A stretch of DNA of 64,000 bases, taken from the NCBI GenBank assembly GCA_973895155.1, contig OZ316897.1, positions 18,987,111 to 19,051,110 of the forward strand. Reading direction: 5' to 3'. Position numbers and translations under genes: made by a program. Positions 50,544 through 64,000 of this stretch are shown in pieces. The notes below the pieces were generated by a model. It was not told the DNA's origin. It did not search any database and was given only the letters and a program-made list of their open reading frames with translations. The DNA comes from Marsupella aquatica (lineage: Eukaryota; Plantae; Marchantiophyta). Every line of letters begins with the position of its first letter. Within the stretch, counting starts at the first letter, position 1.

Positions 50544-52689
50544 CGGCGTACACCTGACCCCATTTAAGCGAACCATTATGACAGAATTACTCCCTCCATG
50601 TTTAATTTCCTCAAGAGACTTAGAGAATTGTAGATTATTTGTACAAAATTTTGTGCAGAGTACGGCAACCTGTATTATATCCAGCTCATCAGATCTTAAT
50701 GTTGAGTGCACGAATAGCAAAAGAATACGAGCTTGCACGAGTAGTCCAACTTCAATTATTCCTTTCCGAGGTCGTCAACAAGTTCAGTTTGTGTGATAAG
50801 AAGTACCGTAGTAACGAGAGAGTGATCTTACAAGTTTTGTGAATCAAGTCGATCTGAGCAAGAGTACGAGCGCCTCGTTTGACGAATAAAGGAGGTCTGC
50901 TGATGGAACAATTGTTTCACCGTTCCAAGTTGTCATGTGCGCATGTTCATGTCTGGTAATGCCGTTCTGGTACAACGTCATATCTGGAAGTCAGTTCTTT
51001 GGGCACCTTATACGTGTCTGTCACTTTTCCGAGCCGTGTGCGACACAGGAGCTTACAAATGGTAGGACATTCGTAATCTGCCTAAGTCGTCGGACTTGGG
51101 TTCGTTCAACTTGCCCCACCTTTGATTCTGGAGGTTGTCGTTTATTCCTAGTACGGTAAAGTGTTTTGCAGTTTGGACTTCACACATGATCACGTCTGGC
51201 TGACGCTGTTTGCGAAATCTAGATTAGAACACGGCGCAGAGATTGGTTACGCTTTTCATGATTCCAGTTGACTGACGAGTTTCCGGCAGACCAATTACCT
51301 GTACTTAGTTGTCTTCCAGAGAGCACGTTCTTTCCTAGAGGAGATCGATGAAATTGAATCTACTTTCAGTAGCTAGTCTGGTTAGTGGTCTTGTAAAGCA
51401 TCATCTAGAACGTATGAAATGAGACTTTGCCTACCTCAGCCCATCATTGATAGTGGCCTCCGCCCAAGTTCAAAATTAGATACGTTCCTTTTTGTGTTCA
51501 GTATTCTCGACTGTCGGCTCAGTCTGCCTTTCGGGGTTGCTTTTATTTTACTCAGAGAGATCCGAGGGAGATAGAAACGAGAAGACATATGTTACTCTTG
51601 GCTGTGCTCGTCTAGGCGTGCCAAGATGTAAGTTTCATGGACAATTTTGCTCAGAAGGATGTCCACCTCGAAGGAAAGAATACAAGTTATGTGTCACTTT
51701 TGTCTCTTGGCTCTTGACATGTGCCCTTCCCTGAATGGGAGTTCTACCTGCTTCATTGCTAAGAAAATAAAAACTTCGCTGGAGAAGGGAAAACGAAAAA
51801 GGTTGACGCTCTCATCATAATTCTAGTCCTTTCGCATGACCGGAGGATTGGCAAACGATCGAGGATGATTGGCAAAATCATTGGCCTTTCGTTCCTCATT
51901 TCATCAATCTGTGAAAGCTCCAGTCACGCAAATGCCTCATTAGGACTTTCGCTTCCGTCTACCGTACAAGAGCACGGAGGAAACTGCACACGAATGCATT
52001 GGGGTTTTCCTTCAAGTAGTGCAGCAGCAGAAATTCCTCGAGACAGAACAAACCATGCACTGAACACCCTTGAACTGCACACGAACGCACCGAATCATTG
52101 GGTATTTGCATCAAGCCGTGCAGCAGAAATTCCTTTGAGACAAAACGAAGCATGCACTGAATCATCGAGCTGTCATTCATTGCTCACGATGACACAATGA
52201 GGATGACACAAAACTCATCGATGCTAATCACAAAAGTTTTCCTCCCAATCTCAACAACAGGCTGTCATGCATTGCTCACGATGACAGAATGAGTCATCGA
52301 TGTTCCAAAGAAAGGTTCCTTCCTCATCTCGCGCCAACAGAATACACTACTGCAGGGTTCTGAACTACAGTACTGTAGAAGGTCAGAAGTTCCTCCAAGC
52401 TCAAAAGTTCCTCCAAGGTCAGAAACTCTACTTACTGTAGAATGCAACGAGCTTGATCGACGGTCGAATCTTCTCCTCCGAAGAGAGCTCGTTACGATAG
52501 CGGTCGATCGGAATCCCCAACAGGCACGAAAGAAAGGCGTTTGCAATTAAGTTCACACCTTTCAAGGAAAGCGGAAAGAGGCACAATAATTGAGGCGAGG
52601 GGGCTGTACAAGAATTCAGAAGGTGGGTCTGCTTCTATTATGTTTGAGATGCAATCCTAGCCATTGGAATGTGTGAACAGCTGTTCACT

Positions 52690-52905
52690 TTACATGAATT
52701 AGGGGAGCAATAAAACACCTTTACCAATATTGGGGGCTCAATGAAACCATTACCAATCTTCGTCACCTACCACTACACTTCACATGAACTGGGGGGCACG
52801 ATAAAGTCATTACCTATCTACTCTACATGAGCTTGGGGGCACAATAAAATCATTACCCATCTACTCTACATGAACTTGGGGGCACAATAAAACCATCACC
52901 AATCT
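52690..52905. repeat. ~53-bp degenerate tandem repeat, resembling a DNA-transposon subterminal array
   Basis: TACATGAA..TGGGGGCACAATAAAA.CATTACC occurs about 4-5 times. Confidence 0.7.
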
Positions 52906-53389
52906 TAATCATCTACAGCTGGGCCCCTTGTGTGTCCTTTTTGCTGATGTGTCCATTTTTAGCTTGGACCACCTCTTGAGGTGATCTGAAAAGACATTCA
53001 CTTCAGCATCTTGCATTTTGTCTAGTGTATGCCATGGACCTCACATTTGCATTCCGGACCTGACACATTTTGGCTCAGGCTTTAACTTCGCAATGTACCT
53101 CATGTTTGCAATGGGTGAATCTTGAAACTTAGATTTAACTTTTTGCGCTAAGATGCTTCTACTTCTCTTTTGTATGAACTAATGATCAACAATGCCAACA
53201 GTCCTTGAACAGTCAGTGACTCAAAGTTGCATCGAACTTTTGGAGGCACTACACCTATCTGTAAACTCATGACTTTGTGTATACTGCTGCTTGTTCGAAA
53301 AAATCCCATGCAAATCTTTCAATTTGTGCTTCCTTCGTCAAGAAAGATTCACCAGTCATGCCTGGTTGAGCAACCTTAGGGATAGGTTT

Positions 53390-54540
53390 ATTATTATTAT
53401 AATTTTTTTTACGAAAAGAGACAGAGCCCGTAAACTTTATTACCATGAACCAAAACAATACAAACAGCCTGGAGGGGGAAGGCAGCAGAAAAAAAAATGA
53501 ATTAAGGGGGCTGAGAGGGGAGCACACCCATAGAGAAAGGTGAAAGGGCAAAACAGTCCTGTCTGCCTGGGGAGAGGGAGGCGGAGAGAGGGGACTGATT
53601 GCCCTGTAGACAAAAAACCTAAAGTGACCATAGGAACCACAAAAGTGCATACTCTAACTGGATAGATCCTTGGCTGCACAAAACCATACCAGAAGGAGAC
53701 GACCCTAGAACCTGTCCCAAAGATGACCAAGAGCATACCCTGCTGGTCACCAAATCCATACCCTGCTGGTCCCCAAAACACTCTGAACGAATGCCGCCAC
53801 TACATTGAGGTCTGCCGCGACTGGACAGAGAGTTGCTGCAATCTCCCCACATAGCCAACAGACTTGCCGAAGCCGGAACAAAGCGATAGGTTCAGTTGTT
53901 GTCCAAAGATCCACAAAAGAGACACTAAATTAATTACGCACAAGACCACTGATGAGTTTACTTTTTCAGTGCTGAAACCCACCATCCATTCATTTCAATC
54001 ACTGCCCATTGCAAACCATGCCCCTGCTCTTCTTTGATACTTCCAGGGACATCCAATTAGAAATCCCTTTATTCATGCAATGTGTCTGACCACTTAATTA
54101 TTCACAAGTGGGAGGATTTTGGAAATGAAAACTCTGCAGCTTTATTAAAAGTAGAGGTGACTGAAACAGTAAATTTCTCACCATGGTATCAGTCTGATCA
54201 TGATTTCTTCCACAACCATTCTCTGCAAGTGGATGCAAGATAGTGATACCCAGGAAAAGACCATTGGCAACCCAGTTATGGTATTCCATGAGCCTATTAG
54301 CACAGTTTCTTGATGCCTCGTGCAACATCCATGGAACTCAACATGGATGATAATTACAGTTCTTCCCAGGATTTGGTTGTCTAATCATACCATTTAGCTC
54401 TGATGCTAGACAATCCCAGAAGGACAAGGTTGTAAGGTAGCGGGCCATTACTGTTTGTATTGCTGCAGCCAGTATTCTTCCAAATCTCCAAGTACTTACC
54501 AGCAAATGCAATGTGTACTGTCTCTGCACTTGTGGATAAC
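53390..54540 (-). mobile_element. Degraded 3' fragment of an L1-like LINE
   Basis: Minus-strand remnants SAETVHIAFAGKYLEIWK and WLWK resemble the ORF2 C-terminal zinc-binding region, followed by a pyrimidine-rich 3' UTR and an A/ATA tail near 53390-53410. Confidence 0.35.
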
Positions 54541-56324
54541 AGTTATCGTCTCTTACAGAGGGAATTGCACTTACAAATTTGTCTTTTAGTAGGCCCTACG
54601 TTGAAAGTGCAATAAAACTGCAATTTTGATGCCAGAGGAAATCCTAAGAAATAAGAGGGTAAGTTTGTACGTCTTCACATGGAATTTGGTGAACTTTGGC
54701 CACTAAAGAAATGCTAGGAAGAAGCTCTTCCAATGCAGGACCATGGGGGCCTTATTTCCAAAAAAAAAAACAACATATCTGGTGCAAAGAACCCTAAAGC
54801 AGTTTTACTAGTTCTAACTTAAAACTCAAATTTTTTTGTGAAAAATCATCAGTACTTTTATAAGAAAATATAGTCCATTTTCTCAGTCAATTTCTGAGAC
54901 ATTATAAATGAATATGATGAAAAAAACTTTTAGGATGTGATGGCGCTCTATGATTATAGTGAGACCCTCAGTGCACTGACGAAGGGATTGCACTTACAAG
55001 GCTCTCTATATATCGAGACCCATGAGTGCACTAAACGAGGGATTGCAGTGACGCAGAGGTCTGTGTGGAAACACGAAGTGGCTACTGGAAGGGTCCCCTT
55101 TTATGGTGCCCCTTTGTAAATCCAATGTGGGTCTCTCCCAAACAGAGAACGATGATGAAGAACGAGACGAGACGAGACGATACGAAGAGGAGCGCGGGAG
55201 TAAATGCTGATGAATGCAGAGTACTTGTCTCCAGCAGGAATGATAGATCGAAGAACCCCGAGAAGTTCATCAAGTTTGGTGTGGTGGATGGCGATCCAGA
55301 TCTGTAATTGTCATCACCGTTTGCAAAACTTGAAGCTGCTCCAGGCAGTGTGTCTTTTGGCGACGTGCTCCGTTTCTCTCGCGTCAATCATCGCTGCATA
55401 TAATTGCAATGCACGATGACAATCCACAACTATTCGTCCGCTGCTGGGCCTGCTAGCAAATCTGTGCCTCCGAATGGCCATGCTCGCTACATTAGGAGAC
55501 GAGGCCCTCTGTGCCCTGTCATGCGCAAGGCCATCACGAGGAACCGGGGAGAGGACGACCCCATGGTGGAAAGGAGGCTAGAAACAGTGCCCTGCCAACC
55601 ATTTTGTTTCGGCTGAGGGTGAGGAGGAGGATCTGCTTTCACTCGGTCAATCGGACATCTCTACAACTACAGCCGTTCCTCCCCAGTTTCCTGCATCAAT
55701 CGACTTTCTGCAAGGGTAATTTCTTCCAAAGCAATGCGTAGGTTTAATTCACATCCTTAGCCTTTGCAATGTGGCTGCCCAAGTACGCCGTGGACGAACC
55801 TGGGGTTTTAGAAGCTAGGCCGTGAGTACATAATCTATTATAATTATTGTGGGCCTCCAGAGGGAACTTCTATATTGTAAGAACCTGTAGATTTTCCATG
55901 CTTCAGCTAATTTCAGTATGTCACCGTCAAAGCTGACATCTACTTCTTCCCCAAAATCTCTCGGACGACTGGAAGACTGTAGAGGTTGGAAATGCTGTTG
56001 TTTTGGACTTTCATTTTAGAAGTTTTAGGGGGGCTTATCCAAAAGGACCTGCTGAAATAAAGCACAGTGGTTTTATGCTTTCTCGTGTTTCTCTCCTTCG
56101 CAATTGGAGAGAATAAGTCACTGCTCTTCTAGTGGCGAGCAGATTTTGGTAAGAATTGTACCAACTGAGTGGATCCAATCTACTCGGAATATGTTGTCCT
56201 CGACCTCGCCCATTGTATCGTGTTCAAGAAAGAATATCTAAGTTTTTGGCAAGAATTTTGATGGCCATTCTCATATATCTGTATAATCCTGCCGTTTTGG
56301 CCAGGTTTGTAGTGAGCAGCGAAA

Positions 56325-59300
56325 ATGTCTAAAGATAAGAAAGGTGCTGGATCGAAAATGGACGATGTTACTATGTGGAAACACATGTGGATCGAGAAGG
56401 GTCTGGACTGTGTTGTCATGGAGGATAAATGTCGCAGACTTGAATTGAGATCTATGCGCGTCGAGGATATGATTGAGACTCTCACGAGAACTTCTGATGG
56501 GAGGATTGTGGCTTTGGAGGAAATTGTGGACTATTTGAACAGGTGCGCTCTCGATTGTTATCTGAGACCTTGCAGAGATTCTTGAAAATATGCAAAGTTG
56601 ACCTGAAATGCTAAATGTGGTGCACTCGTTTTGTTCATCCTGAACATGAAGTACACGTACATAAAATTAAATCAATGCAACCTTTTCAAATGTAGTCAAA
56701 GAAATTAAGCTTGGCTGACCTTCATCCTGAACATGAAGTACACATACATAAAATTAAATCAATGCAGCCTTTTCAAACGTAATCAAAGAAATTAAGCTTG
56801 CCTGACCACCTTCCCAAATGCAAACGAAGGCTTTAGTATGCAATACACGTGAAGCTCTTATTACTATTCTTGGCTCATATACCCGTCCTCAAATTTGTGG
56901 TTAGGTCAATTCTCTCCCTTATTTTTGAAAGAGATGTTTATGAAGATACTTTCGCTTGAACTAAGCAAATCAAGCATTTCTTTGATCCATTTGTATTGCT
57001 TTGTACACTTGGAGCTCATTATATCTGTGGATATTTTCCAGTTTTGATTTCAATTTTTTCTTTTAAACTTGATTGAATTTGGCATTTCTTAGTTGACGTC
57101 CATTGCATTACTCGGAAAGTGAATTTTCCTAGGGCCGAGATAGTCAGTTTCTCAGACCTTCACGGGTGGATACTGTCATGATTACCGTGGCAGTGGAAAT
57201 GCAAATATAGAGCCTTATTGGTTTCTTTATTTAATGTTCAGTGAGGAGGCCAAAAAGGACGAACTCATAAAAAAGCTTGAAGCTCAAGTTGAGAAATTAA
57301 CAAGTGACTTGGCAAAAGAAATGGAGAGGCTGAACAAGGAAATAGAGAATCTTATCACCCACAATGAGTTCACAGTAAACAATCTAAATCTGCAGCTAGA
57401 AGCCGCAAATGTGAAGCTTCGCGAGATGCAGGATTTCGCCATGAAAAAGATGGCCATGGAACAAGAGTTGATTGCGTATGTTCTGCCCACCAATGGAATG
57501 TTCTCTTAGAATTTAACAGGCACAATCACATTTTTAGTCACACTAGGATGGTAGCACATAAGAAACTCTGTACTGAAGTAAGGCAGTTGTCCAGCGTTTG
57601 ATGAATAAAATGGATCACCTCAGGATGACTTAATTCCCTTTTCCTCGCTTTAGCTAGCTCTACCATATTGCAGGACAGTTGCGAACTTGGCTGCTTCTTA
57701 GATGGAATGTGATCTACGACCAGGCATTCAGTATGACAGTGGGGAGCAGGTTTAGGGAGGCCAGAATCCGTAAATACTTTTCTTGAGTTGTGATTTGAAA
57801 TAACAACGTAGCGGTAGTGTTACTTGTTTCTGCTGCAGTAACTGCTGATTGAAGCTCTTTAGGATTGGATTATCCTGTCCAAATATAAATCTACTGTGTG
57901 AATGTTTCCTTCACTTTAAGTATTAGCTTTTTCAGAATCTTCACATTGACTGGTCCTCCGTTGTGGCATGTACCAGATTGAAAGAGCAATTAGCGAAAGA
58001 GCAACGAGATCATGCTGAGGCAATCAGTGATGTTGAAAGAAATGCAGTACAAGAGAGGGAAAGACTCAAGAAAGAAATACAAGTACGTGTAGAAGAAACC
58101 AAGGTCCAGATGACAAGGTTGATGGAGGAGCAGCTTCATCAAGTACATACAAACTTCTCTTATCTCTTTATTTTGATAATTCCCTGTCTCAAAACTTCTA
58201 TTGTCTTCGTTTAGACATAACAGTTATGTTGCTGTGAGGCTATTAAGTGGTACTATTCGTAAATTGAAATCGATTTGAACATGCTGACTCTCCTGCCTTT
58301 CCTTTCAGAAAACAAAGAGAACGATTACAGAGAATGAGCAGCTGAAGAAAGAGGTGACTTACCACACTCGGCAAACAGACATGCTGATGCAAAAGAATGA
58401 GAAGTTGACAGCCGAGAACACTGATCTCCACCGATCGCTAGTTCTTGCTAAGGAGGTAAGCAACATTTCGTGCTTGCTTCATCTCGATAACATCTCAGGT
58501 TAAAGGCTGTTTGAGTTGAGCGCCAGGTTAATGCCTAACGTTCAATGGTATGCGTGTAGTGCGCATATTAGGGCCAAGAAACAGCTTTGATGGCTCAAAG
58601 CCAAGTGTGTTGACAGCTGCAGCCAAACTTGCAGGCAGCCATGAGTGGAGCTATAGCATCCCAACAGCTCCACGTCACGTCACATATTACTATTGTTGTC
58701 AGTGCTTGTGTTATAAATCGGCTATGCATATTTGTTTTGTGTTTTTTCTGGTGGAAGATCGAGGAGGATCTTTCGCGTAGGAACCACATGTATCAGAAGA
58801 CCACAAGAATTTTGGTCTACAAAATTCGAGGTATTGGCTCAAGGACCCTTGCTAATCTTCACGCAAATCTCAAAACACCCTGGAACTTGGCACCTGAACT
58901 AACTCCTTGGAATTGTTGGGCGAGTTGTTCTTTTCTTTTTCTTTTCTGCTGGCAGAATACCAAGAGATCGCCAGAAAGGCGAAAGAGCAGGAAACGCAAG
59001 AGATCAGCGACAAAGAAGAGAAGGAAGAAAAGCAATTGGATACTATTCTTAGTATCACCGCTCTTCCACCAGTACCGACGCATCCAGAGGTGCACCATCC
59101 TTTTTCTTTCAAGTAGCAAACCTTTCTGCTAATTCACAATTTTTCATAATTCTCGTTTGCCTGCAGCTGTCCTTTCAGTTTAATTATGCTTCATGTATAC
59201 TTCTATCACCATTTTCTTTTGCATTGATTGTGCTGCAGGCAGCAAATGTGGGCACCAAGGAAGAAGGGCAGGCTCTAGAGCACAAAAAGCCAGGAGAAGA

Positions 59301-60900
59301 GGCCATGAAATTCCTTCATGCATGCTTGGAAGATCTCGAACTAGAGAGGCTAATGGCAGTCCAAACAGATCCATTTTCACCACCAGCGTACATCATCTAA
59401 ACCAACGAAAGTGGATTATTGCTTTCCAGCTTAGTCCATTACTATCTTCGTAAATAAGATAGGATGGGGCCACCCCGATTACATTTTCGCAGTATTTAGA
59501 AAAGTAGGAGATGCGTGAGCTTCTGTTTCACAGAAAATGTATTCTAGGCCCTAGAATCCAGATGTCATTGCTTCTTTGACATCCAAACAGCAGCTCAAGC
59601 TTCGTATCATGCAGTTCTGGACTTGTGGAGTCAACAGCATCTCATGAGAGCAAACGGCTCGATCAGCTCACCCTACACGAGCGACAAACATTACTCAAGT
59701 ATGTCTCACATCGATGTTACTTCTGTACATACTACCGGACTTGCGCTGTTCTGTGCTGTGTTCTCGTTTATGTATTGATTCTCCAGCATTCAACCGATTA
59801 CGGATCTTTTTCGAAGCAAAATTATGCATCTTTCAGGAAATGAAGTATCCATAATTTTCGAAATTTTTACCTGTACATTGCAGCGTACGGATATGGTCAT
59901 GGCAATGTACTTACCTAGAGATAAACAAAGCTTGCTTCACCCTGGTGACATTTTTCCGTCGTTCGGGAGAGGGAGAGTTCAACATGATTCAATTAGGAAA
60001 GTTTGCTCTTAAGAAAGTATAAATTATAACCGCAGCTAGCGGATGATTTTTCAAGCAATATCATCAACCATAGAACATGTAATTCAAGCGAGACGAAAGT
60101 ATAAGTTGAAGATTTAGCCGGTGCTGAACATCAACCAGCGAAAACAAAGAAGCGGTTTATCCAAGGTCACAGTCCAAGGCATTTTCTGTTAACCAATTAA
60201 CACAAAAGGTTCAAAACTTGGGAGGAATGCTCATTCCTTCGTGGCTCATGAGGAGATTCTTGTGTGTGCAGAACGTTGCTCCGCACTGCTAATCAATTGC
60301 GATTTCTCACTGATGAAATGGTGGGTGGTGGTGGCGGTGGTGACATGCTCGATTATTCGAAATTTGGTCAGGCTCTCCCACCAGGTAAAATGTCCCCATT
60401 GGCCATTCGCTTTTCATCCAATTAATCGCAGAGTCGGATTTCGGTTCCCTGAAAACTAATGAGAGTATACTGACTCTTCTGCTCATGATGATACTCTCTG
60501 CAGTAACAACAGTTGCGAAGTCCAACATACGAGTGGATGATATACTGGGAATGCCAACAGACAGCTTGCATCTGGATGATAAAGCTCGAGTCTATCAATG
60601 GAAGAAGCCAACAACGGCTGCAGTGCAGGCCGATATGGTACGATGAAGTTAGATTCTCTCCCTGGTCTTAGTTTCTATGCGTTTGCTAAATAGCAAACGC
60701 ACGGGAGGAAAACTTCTCTCTGTTCTTTTAAAAGTCTTATTATAATTTCACAGGCAAGGTATGTGTGATCAGGTGCAAACAGATTATCTGAAATCAATCC
60801 ATCAATGTACTTCAGGGTTATGCAACTTGACATGTTTTCTCTGCTTTACCAGACTGCCCATGCGCTACGATCAAGGAATCCCATGCTACTTTGATCGGAA
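56325..60900 (+). CDS. CFAP157: Cilia- and flagella-associated coiled-coil protein, CFAP157-like; at least 8 exons, 3' end uncertain
   Basis: Phase-consistent exons 56325-56542, 57242-57475, 57977-58142, 58309-58455, 58758-58830, 58956-59089, 59239-~59387 and ~59591-59698. Motifs ERNAVQERERLKKE, KTKRTITENEQL..YHTRQT, EEDLSRRNHMYQKT. Confidence 0.72.
56634..56807 (+). repeat. ~88-bp tandem duplication in intron 1 of the CFAP157-like gene
   Basis: TTCATCCTGAACATGAAGTACAC...AAATTAAGCTTG occurs twice. Confidence 0.9.
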
Positions 60901-61559
60901 GAAACAATAGCCCTGGAGATCGTCGCTTATCAGCGACATTGGAAGCAATTCGACGGATAGCCAGGACTCGATGTCGAGGTTGACCGAGTTTCTTCACCTC
61001 GAATGATTTTCATGTTCGTAACAGAAAGAGAATGTACAATTTTCCTAGAATTCGGAAGTCCAGTAGAACAATGTGCGGAGTTAAATTAGCTGAAGTGTGA
61101 TTCAAAGATGAATTGCATGGACCTTAGGAGCAAGAGCCTTTTTCAGAGTTTCGTACTATAAACCTGATAAAGAACATGGCTATTGTTTCTGATCAGATGT
61201 TTCGGGAAACTCATATCGGTCCTGTGTTCTTAGAAATGGGGCTTTTATAGATTTTTAGCCATATGATGCCCATGGATATCTCTCTCCACGCCTGAGAATC
61301 CACGTTTGCTCACGAAGTCCTTGGCTCTCTGAATCTGTATGTTTAGAAGACTTTTACGGCAGCATTAGTGGAATCGTAATTTCACAATTCTGGTTCTCTG
61401 AACACCGAAAAATAGTTGAGGCAAGCATGTTTACCTTTCAATGAATTGATCACAGCTTTGAAACTTTCCATCAATTTTTGGGTCGAAGAAACGCTCTGAA
61501 CCTCTGGCTTAGACCTGGGTCAAAGCTCACGCGAAAGTTTGTTCAGCTGGGTGGACACA

Positions 61560-62410
61560 AAGCAGCCTGAAACAGAAGCACATGCCCATCTCCGCCATGG
61601 GGCTGGACAAAAACTTGGTGTTTCACGCCTATTCCCCCAAAAAGGACAGCATTCCTCCTAGTAAACAATTTCTTTTTGCCTCCATTTGAATTCCATTCAA
61701 AAAGCCAGCATACAACAGGGGTGGCCCACAAAAGGGGGTGGTCACCTGGGGGGACCACAGGTGGAAGTGCCCAAAAGAAAGGGTGGGGGGGGAGGCGGGG
61801 CGGGCACCAGGAGAGGAATCAAAACCAAGGCCGGCAGCAATTTAACTATTGCAGCAGGGAGTGGCACACTCCTGCAGACCGGCCAGTGTAGAGGGACTGG
61901 CAGGGTACCTAACAGTGGATCCGTGATGGAAGTGTAATTCTATCAGTCAACTCTGCAGGGCAGCTTCAACTCCTAGCACTTCAAGGTGGGCAGGGAGGAA
62001 CAGGTGGATAATTATTTAACTCAATCCCTCGTGGGGACACTTGGAGCTCATCTGGGAAATATCCACATTTCTCTGGGTCTGTTTGCAAGGTGTATTGGCT
62101 AGTAGTCCAACCCCTTGGCCAGAAACCCTCCTCTCCCTAAAATGAATGAATCTTGGTTGTGAATATCATGCCACCACTTCTCTCTGTGCACATAGTTTAG
62201 TGGATAGCTATGGCTGAATGTGATTGTTAGCTCCTCACCTTGAGGCACTTGTAGTTCTTTTCCTTCTTGTTTCTTTCCTCTTTCTAGGTTTTTGGTGTTT
62301 CCCTTTGCTCCCTTCTTTTCAGTTTGATGTTTGTCCACTTTGGACTTCTTTTGTTTGTTCTTCATTGTACTTTGTTTGACCCCTTTTTCTCAAAATTAAA
62401 TATATACTTG
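61560..62410 (+). mobile_element. Degenerate retroelement remnant: Gly/Arg-rich stretch plus decayed CCHC knuckle, followed by a CRE-like 3' UTR
   Basis: GWGGRRGGHQ..QFNYCSREWHTPADRPV resembles CxxCxxxxHxxxxC. 62270-62405 resembles 43020-43147. Confidence 0.45.
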
Positions 62411-63378
62411 GTAGTGGATTTGTTTGAAGTCCAGTTTGGATTTTGTGCAATCCTTCCAGAAACTCATGGGACCTCCAAGTTTTCATATCCACATTTTAAA
62501 AAAAATGGGTTTGATGAGCCAGTGGTTTCTAGCAACACAGGACTTTGCTAGATACAGAAATCACTGAACCTATTTCCAGAACATTGTGGGCCATATTGCC
62601 CAAAACAGATGGCTTTAGCCCAAGATTTGGGGGGCTGTAATTGCCAAACTGCCCTGGTGACAAGGAGTTAATGCACTTTAGGGTGGTTTTACAAGACCTT
62701 GGAAGCAGTTAGAGTGTTTTTACCAAAGCTAATCTTTCAACCATTTAACATCCCAAAGATAGTGTACTGGGGCTAATTAAAGATAGTGTACTGCAAGGGC
62801 TAATGAAGAGTGTGGAATCATTTTATGGCCCTCCATGTCTTGTAAAGCAAACTCCAGCAAATGGTGCTAGATCGAATGATTTTCTAGAAGTTAAGTTAAG
62901 GACCCACCACACCTAAAAGTCACATAGTTCTTTGGCTAGGGCCCTTCTTGCTTGACAAGACAACATCTGATGAGGGGCATTGTGGGTCAATGTAAAAGAC
63001 TTAAAATAGGAATGGACCAAGCAGCCAAATGAAGAGGCCTCCAAGAAATTTGGTCTAACATCTAGGACCAAAATATGCTCCACATAGCAGAATTTGGGGC
63101 CCACTCCATTCCATGTAGGATTGGCAATAGGTTAGAAAGAAACTGCCCTGAACATTTTGTAAAGTGAACAACTTACAGCTGTTTCTCCCCAACGGATGAC
63201 CTTGATCATATCTTGGAGACCAAAAAAAGGTTGAAAGTTCCTCCAAGGTCTTGTTAAGCCAGCCTTAAGTTATATTTGTTTAATTATGTTTCTTTCTTCA
63301 CACTCCAAGACAACCCCAAATAAGTTCATGCAAGTTTTGGAGATTTACTTTCTTTACTAAGAGACAAATAGAGGACAA

Positions 63379-63770
63379 CTTCAAAATGCAAAAGGATTCC
63401 ATAATACCAGACTGGTCCAAAGGACTGAGAATACCATAGGGAAAAGGAGTGAGATATAGTTGAACACTCTTCCAAAAAGGTTGGACAAACTTCCAAAAGC
63501 ATTCTCCAATACTATTTGGGCATAGGATTCCATATAGTCTGGTCCAAACATAATCTGGATCCTTTGGTATTCTCAGTCCTTTGGACCAGACTGTCCATTT
63601 TGAAGTAGAGGATCAAAAAATGCAAAACGGAGAGGGAAAGCACCCAGAATACTATAATTATAGAATATCATTGAACACTCTCTTCCAAACAGGTTGGGTA
63701 CACTTTCAAAGATGTTTGGAAATGATTGGGATCTCCGGATAGTTTGGACACACTTCCAAAGATTTGGCAT
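63379..63770. repeat. Inverted and direct repeat cluster
   Basis: CTGGTCCAAAGGACTGAGAATACCA (~63412-63437) is inverted at ~63565-63590. TGAACACTCT..TTGG..ACTT[CT]CAAA units are repeated. Confidence 0.7.
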
Positions 63771-64000
63771 ATAAGATCTAAACTGCCATCCAATAGTTAA
63801 GAAAAATAATCAATTATTATGAGTCAGGATGAATATTTTATGAATAATTTACCTTAAAACAAGAATTAAGTGGTTTTGAGTGACTTGGTAATGTTGAGGA
63901 AAACTGGTCTCCAACTCCTAAAATACTGATGTCTAGGACGAGCTGCTTCCCCTAACCTTCTAATTTTTTGCCAGTCCTTAAGTTTGGAGTGTGCTGCTGC

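Overview
Eukaryotic genomic DNA, most consistent with a flagellated-sperm land plant (bryophyte, lycophyte or fern type), with short GT-AG introns and a high transposon content. Host genes: a spliced Lin0512-family gene, an intronless nepenthesin-type aspartic protease with a truncated paralogous pseudogene, PHF5A, an unassigned spliced gene and a CFAP157-like flagellar gene. The most unusual object is a 7.5-kb element (729-8236) bounded by Mutator-like degenerate TIRs and a perfect 9-bp TSD (CCTCTCTAG). It has no recognisable MULE transposase. It carries two convergent genes, a protein kinase and a Zn-finger/Helitron-Rep-like gene. Each gene is preceded by its own copy of a ~200-nt leader whose hairpins show pairing-preserving substitutions, making it a candidate undescribed structured RNA. 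Also present: a near-intact CRE-like RT+RLE non-LTR retrotransposon (two single-base homopolymer frameshifts), dispersed copies of its 3' end, and several minisatellite arrays. Family assignments come from motif recognition by eye; no searches were run.
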